Below are positions 54,967-64,000 of a DNA stretch of 64,000 bases, in pieces. The position numbers were made by a program, and so were the translations under genes. Every line of letters starts with the position of its first letter. Position 1 is the stretch's first letter. Under the pieces are notes generated by a model. It had not been told where the DNA came from. It ran no database searches and saw only the letters and a list, made by a program, of their open reading frames with translations. This DNA is from an uncultured bacterium (GTDB taxonomy: Bacteria > Muiribacteriota > Ozemobacteria > Ozemobacterales > Ozemobacteraceae), in the NCBI GenBank assembly GCA_946407375.1, contig CAMJNS010000003.1, positions 15,170-79,169 of the forward strand, in the 5' to 3' direction.

Positions 54967-56673
54967 ATGAACGAAACTGAAATTAGAAAAGAATATGCAA
55001 GATGGGTTGAAGCAACTAAGGCAAATAAAGATATAAACGCTGAATTGGTTGCTATTAAAGATGACTATGCAAAGATTGAAGATGCGTTTTATACAGAATT
55101 AGCTTTTGGGACTGGCGGATTGAGAGGCGTTCTTGGTGCTGGAACCAACAGAATGAATGTTTATACTGTTGCTAAGGCTTCTCAAGGTTTAGCTTCTTAT
55201 GTGGTTAACCACTACAAAGAAGGTGACAGAAGAATTGCAATCAGCTTTGACTCAAGAATCAATTCTGATTTGTTTGCCAGAACTGCTGCTGAAGTTTTTG
55301 CTGCTAACGGAATCGAAGTCTACATCTATAAGCAGTTAATGCCTACTCCCTGTGTTTCTTATGCCACAAGAGAACTCAAATGTTCTGCAGGCGTAATGGT
55401 TACAGCTTCTCATAACCCATCAAAATACAATGGTTACAAGGTTTATGGTGCTGACGGCTGCCAGATTACTTCTGATGCTGCTAAAGAAATTCAGGATAGA
55501 ATCAACAAAACCGATGTTTTCAAAGATGTTAAACAAGGCAACTTCGATGAAGGCATGAAAAAAGGCACAATCAAATATATTCCTGAAAGCATTATCACTT
55601 CTTTTATCGAAACCATCAAAAAGCTTTCTATGCTCAACGGCGAAAAGATAGACAAGAATGTTGCTATCGTTTATTCACCGCTTAATGGCACTGGTCTTGT
55701 TCCTGTAACCAGAGTATTGAAAGAAACAGGTTTTACTAACGTAACAGTAGTTAAAGAACAGGAAATGCCAGACGGTCATTTCCCGACTTGCCCATTCCCG
55801 AACCCAGAAATTAAAGAAGCTATGCAGCTTGGTATGGATTATGCCAAACGTTTGAATGCAGATATGCTTCTTGCTACTGACCCTGACTGCGATAGAGTCG
55901 GTATTGCTGTAAAAGACGACAAGGGCGAATACAGACTTATGACTGGTAACGAAGTAGGTCTTTTGTTGGTTGATTATATCTGCTCAAGATTGATTGCTTC
56001 TAAGAAAATGCCAGTTAACCCCACTGTTATTAAGACTATCGTTTCTACTGACCTTGCAGACGCTATTGCTGAAAGCTATGGTGCTAAGACAATCAGCGTT
56101 CTGACTGGTTTCAAATATATTGGCGAACAGATTGCTATTCTTGAAAAAGGCGGTCACCCCGAATCTTACTTGATTGGTTTTGAAGAAAGCTATGGCTATC
56201 TTACCGGTACCCATGCCAGAGATAAAGACGCTGTTAATGCTGCTTTCCTAATCTGCGAAATGTTTGCTTACTACAAGACTCACAATAAGAGCCTTATTGA
56301 ACGTTTGAACGAACTCTATGCTAAGTTCGGTTATAACCTGAACATTACTCATTCTTATACTTTCGAAGGTTCTGCAGGCCTTGCCAAGATGAAAGCTGTT
56401 ACTACCGGCTTTGCTAAGGGTGTTGATGTAATCGGCGGCGTAAAAGTTAACAAAATGCTCGATTACAACAAAGGCATCGATGGCTTGCCAAAATCTGATG
56501 TTATCAAGTTCCTTATGGATGGCAGCTGCTCTGTAGTAGTAAGACCTTCTGGCACCGAACCAAAGCTCAAAACCTACGTTTCTGTCAGAGCAAAGAATGT
56601 TGAAGAAGCTTCCAAAATCGAAGCCAAAATCGCAGCCGACTTGCAAACTAAGGTTGATGAGTTTGCGAAGTAA
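54967..56673 (+). CDS. pgm: Phosphoglucomutase/phosphomannomutase (alpha-D-phosphohexomutase)
   Basis: Active-site loop TASHNPSKYNGYKV, metal loop DPDCDR, sugar loop GFEESYG. Confidence 0.92.
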   Translation: MNETEIRKEYARWVEATKANKDINAELVAIKDDYAKIEDAFYTELAFGTGGLRGVLGAGTNRMNVYTVAKASQGLASYVVNHYKEGDRRIAISFDSRINSDLFARTAAEVFAANGIEVYIYKQLMPTPCVSYATRELKCSAGVMVTASHNPSKYNGYKVYGADGCQITSDAAKEIQDRINKTDVFKDVKQGNFDEGMKKGTIKYIPESIITSFIETIKKLSMLNGEKIDKNVAIVYSPLNGTGLVPVTRVLKETGFTNVTVVKEQEMPDGHFPTCPFPNPEIKEAMQLGMDYAKRLNADMLLATDPDCDRVGIAVKDDKGEYRLMTGNEVGLLLVDYICSRLIASKKMPVNPTVIKTIVSTDLADAIAESYGAKTISVLTGFKYIGEQIAILEKGGHPESYLIGFEESYGYLTGTHARDKDAVNAAFLICEMFAYYKTHNKSLIERLNELYAKFGYNLNITHSYTFEGSAGLAKMKAVTTGFAKGVDVIGGVKVNKMLDYNKGIDGLPKSDVIKFLMDGSCSVVVRPSGTEPKLKTYVSVRAKNVEEASKIEAKIAADLQTKVDEFAK

Positions 56674-56694
56674 GTAAAAAAAATAGAAAGTAAT

Positions 56695-56724
56695 AAAAAA
56701 GGCTCGCGATTGCGAGCCTTTTTT
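56695..56724. terminator. Bidirectional terminator
   Basis: aaaaaa-ggctcgc-gatt-gcgagcc-tttttt between convergent genes. Confidence 0.8.
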
Positions 56725-58350
56725 CTATTTAAAATATTCGTCAAAATTTTTACCATGAACAATTCTAGGTTCTTCTTTAAAATTTTCTGATAAAGGAGAC
56801 TTATTCAAATTATCACAATCTAAGGTGATATTAGCTAAGTTTAGAATAGAATAAGCGGCATAATTTACAAAAGGTTTATTTGTTGCATTTTGCCATAATT
56901 TGTAAGTATCTGAAGATAATTTAGATTTATAATCATCGGAAAGCCAAATAAAAAATGGTATTTCAAAGTAAAAACGTGACTCTAAAGAATCATGATGTCC
57001 ATGCTGATTACGAGAATCAAAGCACTCTTCCCCATGATCAGAGAAGAATAATAAAGCACTTCCAGGCTCTTTTCTAATCATATTTATAAATTCACAAATA
57101 ATGTAGTCTGTGTAATATATGGTATTATCGTAATCGTTTATATATTTTTTAGCTTTTCTACCAAACCAAGACTTTTCTGTAATTTCGTTTTCATTATTAA
57201 AAAAGGCGTAATTATCTGGATAACGAGAAGCATAGTTTACATGAGAACCCATTGTGTGGATAAATATAACACGTTTTTTGTTTTTAGGTTCTTTTTCTAA
57301 TATTTCTTTTAAAACAGGGAAAATCTTTTCATCATAAACTCTAGCATAGCATTGGTCTCCACCACGATTCAGATATATGGTTTTATCAGCTCCTGAAACT
57401 AAGCATACTATAGCATTTGAATTATCAACAGTATTTTGGTTAGATATCCATATTGTTTCAAATCCAGCTTGTTTAAATATATTAACTAATGGAGCTTCTT
57501 CTATATCTTTAATACCTTTACAGGTCATAGCATCACTAACAGAGGTAGTTGTTCTTGCCCAAGCGCTAATGGAATTATTAAATATCAATAGCTGATTTTT
57601 TATAGAATTTAATTTTGGAGTTGTATTCCTGAAATAATTATAAATTCCCCAATGATGTCTATTTGAAGATTCTCCTATTACAACAAGAAGAGTAATTGAA
57701 TCATCAGAAAGACATTTTACACCTGGTGCTTTAGAATTTTTCATTTTTTCCATATAAGCATTTAGTTCTACAATATTTTTTTTATAGATTTTATAACTTT
57801 GGATAAGTTGAATTATGATGTTTTGATCAAGCATTTTATTCTGTCTATTTGAAGAAAATAAAAGTATACATAGAATAATTAAAACTATAGCTGAAATTTT
57901 AGAAGCTTTGCAGGGTTTTATTTCTTGTTTCAAAAATCTGACAATAAAAAAAATAGGTATAGCTATAAGCATAAGCAAGCATAAAACAGAACCAAAATTA
58001 ACATTAGCCTGTAAAAATTCATGAGATTCACTATAACTTGTTTCAAAAATAGCAAACAAGGATTGTTCTGTTATCATTGCATTAAAGAAATATACGTGCA
58101 TTCCTGAGAAAATAATAGCAGGTACAAAGATAATTGAAAGAATAACAGCCCAAGTTTTAGCAATTTTAGGGAATAAAAAAGCTGGAATGAACATAAAAAA
58201 AGTAATAGGCAAACCTAATAAGAAGCATCTTAGAGGAAACCAAACAGGAGTTTGGGCAAACCATATTAAATGAACTGGCAAAAAGAAAACTGTAGCAAGC
58301 AAAAATAATTTTGAAACCCAATTTTGTTTCTTTTCTGTCGTATTCTGCAT
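56725..58350 (-). CDS. Sulfatase-superfamily membrane transferase (phosphoethanolamine-transferase/EptA-like)
   Basis: N-terminal ~5 TM segments plus a periplasmic alkaline-phosphatase-fold domain. LLVVIGESSNRHHWGIYNY occupies the nucleophile-motif position, with DHGE later. Confidence 0.7.
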   Translation of the reverse strand: MQNTTEKKQNWVSKLFLLATVFFLPVHLIWFAQTPVWFPLRCFLLGLPITFFMFIPAFLFPKIAKTWAVILSIIFVPAIIFSGMHVYFFNAMITEQSLFAIFETSYSESHEFLQANVNFGSVLCLLMLIAIPIFFIVRFLKQEIKPCKASKISAIVLIILCILLFSSNRQNKMLDQNIIIQLIQSYKIYKKNIVELNAYMEKMKNSKAPGVKCLSDDSITLLVVIGESSNRHHWGIYNYFRNTTPKLNSIKNQLLIFNNSISAWARTTTSVSDAMTCKGIKDIEEAPLVNIFKQAGFETIWISNQNTVDNSNAIVCLVSGADKTIYLNRGGDQCYARVYDEKIFPVLKEILEKEPKNKKRVIFIHTMGSHVNYASRYPDNYAFFNNENEITEKSWFGRKAKKYINDYDNTIYYTDYIICEFINMIRKEPGSALLFFSDHGEECFDSRNQHGHHDSLESRFYFEIPFFIWLSDDYKSKLSSDTYKLWQNATNKPFVNYAAYSILNLANITLDCDNLNKSPLSENFKEEPRIVHGKNFDEYFK

Positions 58351-58506
58351 TATTAATATCCAAAAACTAATAATATAGAAATGATTATATCATAGTTTCC
58401 TACATTCTACGATTTAATATGAAATACCATTAAGGTGAATTATTGCAAAAAAAAATATTTTAGAATAAACTATGGGGGCAAAAATCATATTTTTGGCGAA
58501 ATGCAA

Positions 58507-60195
58507 ATGAAAAAAGAAATTACTGCATTATCTATATTAACAATACTTTCAGCATTATTAGTTCCTATAACCTGTGTGATATGTAAAGTTGATAAAATAC
58601 CTAGTGAAGTAATATATTTACCAACTAGCTTATATACATTTGGGCAATATGCTAATCTCATTGTTACAGCAATTTTAGTAACTTTTGTTTTCGGTCTTTT
58701 CAGTTTATTATTTTATTTTGAAAAATTAAAAAAGATATATTTTATTTTTTTGTATTTGTTGAATATATTTATAATAATTGTTGAAATCTTCTGTCTTTCA
58801 AAATTTGGTTTAGCTATAAGTCCGCCAATGACTTCCATAATGGCAGACACCAATAATTTTTTAGAAGTAAAGGGCTTTTTCCAAACATATTTTGACTTAA
58901 GTGCTATTCTAATTATTACGGGAACTCTATTGATAAGCTGGTTAATTTGGCACTATAGTCAAAAAATATATGATTTTGTAGAAAATAATAAAAAGATTTT
59001 TATTGGTATATTTATCGCATTAGTTGCTCTTTCATTATATGGAACTCATAAAATAGGTGGATTAACCTGTTCCCCACCTATTATGAAAACTATATATTGT
59101 GCTAAATATTGGTTAAAAGTGAAGGGAAATCTGGCAAAACTTTCTTCAGATAAGACAAATAGAGTTGAAATAACCAAAAATAATGCGGATACTCCTTTTG
59201 CTATTTTTGTAATAGGAGAATCAGAAGCTCGTCATTTCATGGGAATGTATAATACAAAATATGATAGTACTCCTTTATGTAACAGGCTTATTGATTCTGG
59301 TAATATGTTTGCCTTTACGGATACTATTTCAATGAAGTCTTCTACTGCTCAAGTTATGACACCTTTATTAAGCTTTATGGATAACACTACAGAAACTACA
59401 GATTTAACAAAATTTGATCCTATAGTAGATGTTTTTACCAAAGCAGGTTACCAGGCTTTTTGGATTTCTAATCACGAGAAAATTACTAAAGATTTGTCTT
59501 ATGCTACATATATGAGTACTCGTTGCAATTATTCGACTTTTACAGCTAAGATTTCTGGCAATACAGAATTTACTTCATACTTATGTCTGAAAGACGAAGT
59601 TATGTTACCTCATCTGGATAATTATATTAAAAATCAAGTTCCCCAAAAAGACAAAAACCTTTTCTGTTTCCAAATTATGGGAAGTCATATAAGGTATCCT
59701 GATAGATACCCTGATTCTTTTAGGCATTTTAAGGCTTCGGATATAAAAGAAGATGGTTTTAAAGACAATCAAAAAGAGTTATTAGCTTCATATTTAAATA
59801 CTATTTATTATACCGACTATATTCTTAATGAAATTATAAATAGATTTAAAGACCAGGAAGCTTTTCTTGTATATGTTTCAGATCATGGTGAAGAAATGTG
59901 GCAAGCGGGTTTTCAAGGTCATGGTCCAACGAATGTATCAAAATATATGGTTGAAATCCCTTTATTGATATGGGTTTCAGATAAATATAAAGAAAAGAAT
60001 CCTCAAATAGTTGAACAAATTAAAGAAGCTATAAATAAACCTTTTATGACAGACAATCTTGTTCACGTAATACTTGATTTGGCTAAGATAGAAACAAAAC
60101 AATATGATGCTACAAAAAGCGTTGTAAATGAAAAGTTTATTCCTAGAGAACGCGTTGTTGTTGATGGATTAAAATATGAAGCGTTAAGGAAATAG
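58507..60195 (+). CDS. Sulfatase-superfamily membrane transferase (EptA-like), paralog a
   Basis: AIFVIGESEARHFMGMY, MGSHIRY and SDHGEE. Start set at the MKKEITAL ATG by alignment with the paralog at 61163. Confidence 0.7.
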   Translation: MKKEITALSILTILSALLVPITCVICKVDKIPSEVIYLPTSLYTFGQYANLIVTAILVTFVFGLFSLLFYFEKLKKIYFIFLYLLNIFIIIVEIFCLSKFGLAISPPMTSIMADTNNFLEVKGFFQTYFDLSAILIITGTLLISWLIWHYSQKIYDFVENNKKIFIGIFIALVALSLYGTHKIGGLTCSPPIMKTIYCAKYWLKVKGNLAKLSSDKTNRVEITKNNADTPFAIFVIGESEARHFMGMYNTKYDSTPLCNRLIDSGNMFAFTDTISMKSSTAQVMTPLLSFMDNTTETTDLTKFDPIVDVFTKAGYQAFWISNHEKITKDLSYATYMSTRCNYSTFTAKISGNTEFTSYLCLKDEVMLPHLDNYIKNQVPQKDKNLFCFQIMGSHIRYPDRYPDSFRHFKASDIKEDGFKDNQKELLASYLNTIYYTDYILNEIINRFKDQEAFLVYVSDHGEEMWQAGFQGHGPTNVSKYMVEIPLLIWVSDKYKEKNPQIVEQIKEAINKPFMTDNLVHVILDLAKIETKQYDATKSVVNEKFIPRERVVVDGLKYEALRK

Positions 60196-60199
60196 TTTT

Positions 60200-61141
60200 A
60201 TGGTTATTTCGGTTGTTATACCATCTAAAAATGGACTTCATCATTTAAAAGAATGTTTACCGACTGTTATTAAAGCAGCAGAAAACACATCAGACAAGAT
60301 TAATATAATTGTTGTTGACGATTGCTCAGATGATAATACCTATAGTGAATTACCAATGCTTTTTCCTGATGTTATATGTTTAAGAACTACTAATGAAGAA
60401 AATGGTATTTGTGCTGCTAAAAATTTAGGTATTAAGGCTAATAACTGTGATTGGATATGTAATTTAGATAACGATGTGTTTCTTGAACCTGATTTCTTTA
60501 ACACTTTAAAGAAATATATGCGCGATGATGTATTTGCTATAAGTTGTTGTGGATATGTTGCTTATCCGAAATTTCCAGATACAGAAGAACAGAATGATGG
60601 GGTTAAGCTTTTTCACTGGAAAAGAGGCTTCCCAAGGTTTACTGAAAACATAAAAAATGACAGACTAGATTTGAATAAAGAATATGAATGCATTGGCGGT
60701 CAAGGTGCTTATTTAATCGTTAATAGAAAATGGTATGATTTACTTGGTGGTTTTTGTAACCTATTTAATCCTTATTTGTTAGAGGAAACGGATTTTCTTT
60801 ATAGAGGCTTAAAACGAGGCGGTAAAATAATTTATGCTTCTGATACAAAACCAAGACACAAATGTGGTGGTACTATTCAAAGCAAGACCAATCCTTTCAC
60901 CAAATACCTTTCTAAGCGCAATAGGATCATATTTGTATGGAAAAATATCCATGACTCTAAATTGCTTTTGTCTAGCCTTTTCTGGACTATAATTAATCCT
61001 ACTCCAAAAGCTTTATTTGCCTGCTTGAAAATGCTTCCAGAAATATTAAAGAAACGTAAAATAGAAAGAAGGGCTATGAAGGTTTCTGATAATGATTTGT
61101 TAAAACGCTCTAAAGCTATCGAAGAATCTATAAAAAAGTAA
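60200..61141 (+). CDS. GT2-family glycosyltransferase
   Basis: ISVVIPSKNGLHHL...VVDDCSDDNT...NLDNDV (DxD). Confidence 0.8.
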   Translation: MVISVVIPSKNGLHHLKECLPTVIKAAENTSDKINIIVVDDCSDDNTYSELPMLFPDVICLRTTNEENGICAAKNLGIKANNCDWICNLDNDVFLEPDFFNTLKKYMRDDVFAISCCGYVAYPKFPDTEEQNDGVKLFHWKRGFPRFTENIKNDRLDLNKEYECIGGQGAYLIVNRKWYDLLGGFCNLFNPYLLEETDFLYRGLKRGGKIIYASDTKPRHKCGGTIQSKTNPFTKYLSKRNRIIFVWKNIHDSKLLLSSLFWTIINPTPKALFACLKMLPEILKKRKIERRAMKVSDNDLLKRSKAIEESIKK

Positions 61142-61162
61142 CCTTTTGAAAATGAAACACTG

Positions 61163-62848
61163 ATGAAAAAAGAACTTACAGCTATAACATTATCAACATT
61201 GCTCTCTTCTGTATTAATTCCGACTCTCGCAACTATTAAAGGAATTGAACGCTTAGACGGGGAAGTAATGCGTCTTCCATATGACTATTTTAGTCTTGCT
61301 CAATTTTCAAATCTTTGTGTTATTGCAGTAATTACTGGCGTTATTCTTTATTTAATAAATTATTTGTTTTATTTCAAACTTCTTAAAAAAGTTTATCTAA
61401 TAGGAATATATCTGATAACTTGGTTTCTTGCTTTAATTGAATTTTTCTGTATAACAAAGTTTGAATTATCTATAAGCAAGCCTATGATTAGCATAATGGG
61501 TGATACAAATAATATGTCAGAGGTTAGAAGCTTTTTTGAGCTTTACTTTGACTGGTCTACTGTAGTGTTGATTGTAGCAATGGTAGCTATTTCATGGGCA
61601 ATTTGGCATTTTGCAGAAAAAATAAGTGATTTTATCCTGAAATATAAGAAAACTTTTATAACTATTTTTGTGTTGTTAATTGTTTTTGCTGTTACTGGTC
61701 ATAAGCTTGGTGGCAATTCTGCCAATGCTCCAATTGTGAAGACTATTTATTCCATTAATCACGGTTTCAAAGTTAAGCGTTATATTGCTAAGTTAGCGGC
61801 TGATAAAACAAATAAAGTCGAAATAATATCAGACAAATCAGATACACCATTTGTTATATTTGTAGTTGGAGAATCTGAATCTAGGCTTGTTATGGGACTT
61901 TATAACAAAAAATATGATTCCACACCTCTTTGCCAAAAGTTAGTTGATTCAGGCAATATGTTTGCTTTTACAAATACTATTTCTATGAAATCTGTTACTG
62001 CTCTTTGTATTCCACCATTGTTGAGCTTTATGGAGAATACAAATACAACACCAGATTTAACAAAGTTCGATTCTATTGTTGATGTTTTTGATAAGGCTAA
62101 TTATCAGACTTTTTGGATTTCCAACCATGAAAAAATAACAAAAGATATGTCTTATGCAACCATTCTTATGATGAAAAGCAATTACAATGCTCACGTAGCA
62201 AAGGTTGAGGGTTGCTCTGAATATGTTCCATGGCTTTGCCAAAAAGATGAAGCAGTATTAAAACCTTTAGACGAGTTCATTCAAAACAAGGTTCCCCAAA
62301 AGGAAAAGAACTTTTTTGTAATACACATAATGGGTAGCCATGCTCGTTATGTTGATAGATACCCAGATAATTTTAAACATTTTACCTCCAATGATATAAA
62401 GGAAAACGATTTTAATGAGCAGCAAAAGAATACTTATTCTTTGTATTTAAATTCTGTTTTATATACCGACTTTGTTTTAAACGAAATAATTTCAAGATTT
62501 AAGGAACAAAATGCTGTTTTGGTTTATGTTCCAGATCATGGTGAAGAATTGTGGCAAGGCGGATTTGTCGGTCATGGTCCAACAAATGTTTCCAAATATA
62601 TGGTAGAAATACCAATGCTTATTTGGCTGTCTGATAAGTATAAAGAAAAAAATCCAACAATTGTTGAGAATATTAAAGCATCATTAGACAAGCCGTTTAT
62701 GACAGATAATCTGGTTCATTTAATATTAGATTTAGCAAAAATACAGACCAAGCAGTATGATGCTACAAAGAGTGTAATAAATCCTGCTTTTGTAGCAAGA
62801 GACAGAATTGTAACTAACGGGCTCAAATACGAAGATTTGAGGAAGTAA
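61163..62848 (+). CDS. Sulfatase-superfamily membrane transferase (EptA-like), paralog b
   Basis: Collinear with, and highly similar to, 58507-60195 (VIFVVGESESRLVMGLY, MGSHARY, PDHGEE). Confidence 0.7.
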   Translation: MKKELTAITLSTLLSSVLIPTLATIKGIERLDGEVMRLPYDYFSLAQFSNLCVIAVITGVILYLINYLFYFKLLKKVYLIGIYLITWFLALIEFFCITKFELSISKPMISIMGDTNNMSEVRSFFELYFDWSTVVLIVAMVAISWAIWHFAEKISDFILKYKKTFITIFVLLIVFAVTGHKLGGNSANAPIVKTIYSINHGFKVKRYIAKLAADKTNKVEIISDKSDTPFVIFVVGESESRLVMGLYNKKYDSTPLCQKLVDSGNMFAFTNTISMKSVTALCIPPLLSFMENTNTTPDLTKFDSIVDVFDKANYQTFWISNHEKITKDMSYATILMMKSNYNAHVAKVEGCSEYVPWLCQKDEAVLKPLDEFIQNKVPQKEKNFFVIHIMGSHARYVDRYPDNFKHFTSNDIKENDFNEQQKNTYSLYLNSVLYTDFVLNEIISRFKEQNAVLVYVPDHGEELWQGGFVGHGPTNVSKYMVEIPMLIWLSDKYKEKNPTIVENIKASLDKPFMTDNLVHLILDLAKIQTKQYDATKSVINPAFVARDRIVTNGLKYEDLRK

Positions 62849-62891
62849 GAGATAGTTTTTTTATTATTAATAGAAAGAGAAGTAACTTATA

Positions 62892-63878
62892 ATGATTTCT
62901 ATTGTAATGGCAACTTATAATGGTGAAAAATACATAGAGCAGCAATTAGAAAGTATCGCAGCTCAAACTATTTTACCAGATGAATTAATTGTTGGTGATG
63001 ACTGCTCTACAGATAAGACAATTGAAATATTAGAGAATTTTAAAAATAGAGTTCGTTTTACTGTTAAAATATTTAGAAATAAAGCTAATGTAGGTTATAT
63101 AAAGAATTTTGCTCGTGTGATTTTAGAAGCTAAAGGTGATTTCGTTTTTTTATGTGATCAAGATGATTTTTGGTTCACAAATAAAATAGAAACGGTTTTA
63201 AAAGCTTTTGAAAATAATCCGAAAACACAATTAATAGCACATAATGCCAATTGTACAGACTCTAATTTAAAGTCATTAGGAAAAACACTTTTTGAATATG
63301 ATATTAGTCGTGGTTTAGAATATGGTTCTGCTATGCATGGTTTCGTTACTTGTGTTAGAAAAGATTTTCTAAAATATGCAACACCTATTCCATATAGTTA
63401 TAGTTTTGATGGGTGGCTATATTATCTTTCTTCTGAAATGAAGGTTAGATATGTGTTGGATGAAGTTTTAGGATATTATAGGCGACATGATAAAGCTGTA
63501 ACTTTTGATACGATTGGTAAAAATCAAAGCTTTATAGAGGCTATAAAAAAACGTATTTTAAAAAATATTAAAAACATTAAATTTATTCATTCTATGGAAG
63601 GTATTAATGCACATTTTGCTCCAAAGGCTTCAACTTATGAGTTCGTAAGAAAAATAAAAGTTAATAAAGAATTACCAGATTGGGTTGATATTGAATTATT
63701 AAACAAATTAGAATGTCGTTCTCAAAAAGAAGTAGAGTTATTTAAAGCTAGATATAAAGCAATATCTGTAAATGGCTTATCTAGATTAAGACGAATTCTT
63801 AGTGCATATAAAAAAGGGGTTTATAATAATTTTCACGACTTTAGAACAGCTATAGATGATTTGTTTAGAGTAAAATAA
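62892..63878 (+). CDS. GT2-family glycosyltransferase
   Basis: ISIVMATYNGEKYIEQQLESI...VGDDCSTDKT...LCDQDD, as in rhamnosyl/WbbL-like GT2 enzymes. Confidence 0.8.
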   Translation: MISIVMATYNGEKYIEQQLESIAAQTILPDELIVGDDCSTDKTIEILENFKNRVRFTVKIFRNKANVGYIKNFARVILEAKGDFVFLCDQDDFWFTNKIETVLKAFENNPKTQLIAHNANCTDSNLKSLGKTLFEYDISRGLEYGSAMHGFVTCVRKDFLKYATPIPYSYSFDGWLYYLSSEMKVRYVLDEVLGYYRRHDKAVTFDTIGKNQSFIEAIKKRILKNIKNIKFIHSMEGINAHFAPKASTYEFVRKIKVNKELPDWVDIELLNKLECRSQKEVELFKARYKAISVNGLSRLRRILSAYKKGVYNNFHDFRTAIDDLFRVK

Positions 63879-64000
63879 TAAAACTTAATATTTATAAATT
63901 CTAAATTGTATATTATTTGTTTCTTGAAATACAAATATGATATTATTTCACTGATAGACTATAATTTAATATTAATAACAATAATGAATCTCTAAGTTTT

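Overview
AT-rich chromosomal segment from a diderm bacterium; I cannot assign a taxon from the sequence alone. All calls rest on reading the sequence and on motif recall, with no searches or computations run. Left to right, the window holds six blocks. (1) An RND efflux adaptor and pump (2-4029), whose likely TolC partner lies 14 kb away (18024-19715). (2) Between them is an accessory/defence segment. It carries two paralogous 63/64-aa secreted-peptide genes, a PIN/AbrB toxin-antitoxin pair, an McrA-like HNH nuclease, a complete four-gene Wadjet (JetABCD) system and an AAA-ATPase/PD-(D/E)XK protein. It ends at a 628-aa secreted protein gene with tuf-like codon usage. A 184-bp perfect direct repeat (4232-4415 and 15664-15847) covers promoter, RBS and signal peptide and brackets this segment; a diverged third copy sits at 5521. 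(3) A housekeeping and envelope stretch follows: HU, a FecR-domain protein, a J-like/TPR/cold-shock fusion, a methyltransferase, TPR and NfeD-like proteins, a thioesterase and a secreted S/T/D/G-repeat HExxH protein. (4) Next come a GspE/PilB-like protein with degenerate ATPase motifs beside a canonical PilT, then GNAT, GT2, tyrS and a 680-aa secreted protein. (5) The conserved cluster tRNA-Thr/Tyr/Thr-tuf-rpmG-tRNA-Trp-secE-nusG-rplKAJL. (6) nth, then a tightly overlapping operon: an MBL hydrolase with two cNMP-binding domains, an ADP-ribosylglycohydrolase, a RuvX-like protein and three tandem GT-C-like paralogs. It is followed by pgm and a cluster of three sulfatase/phosphoethanolamine-transferase-like genes and two GT2 genes. 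A ~170-bp imperfect-palindromic element occurs twice (33373-33545, 44315-44484). The most unusual signal is the repeated promoter/signal-peptide module with its small-peptide family framing the defence cargo.
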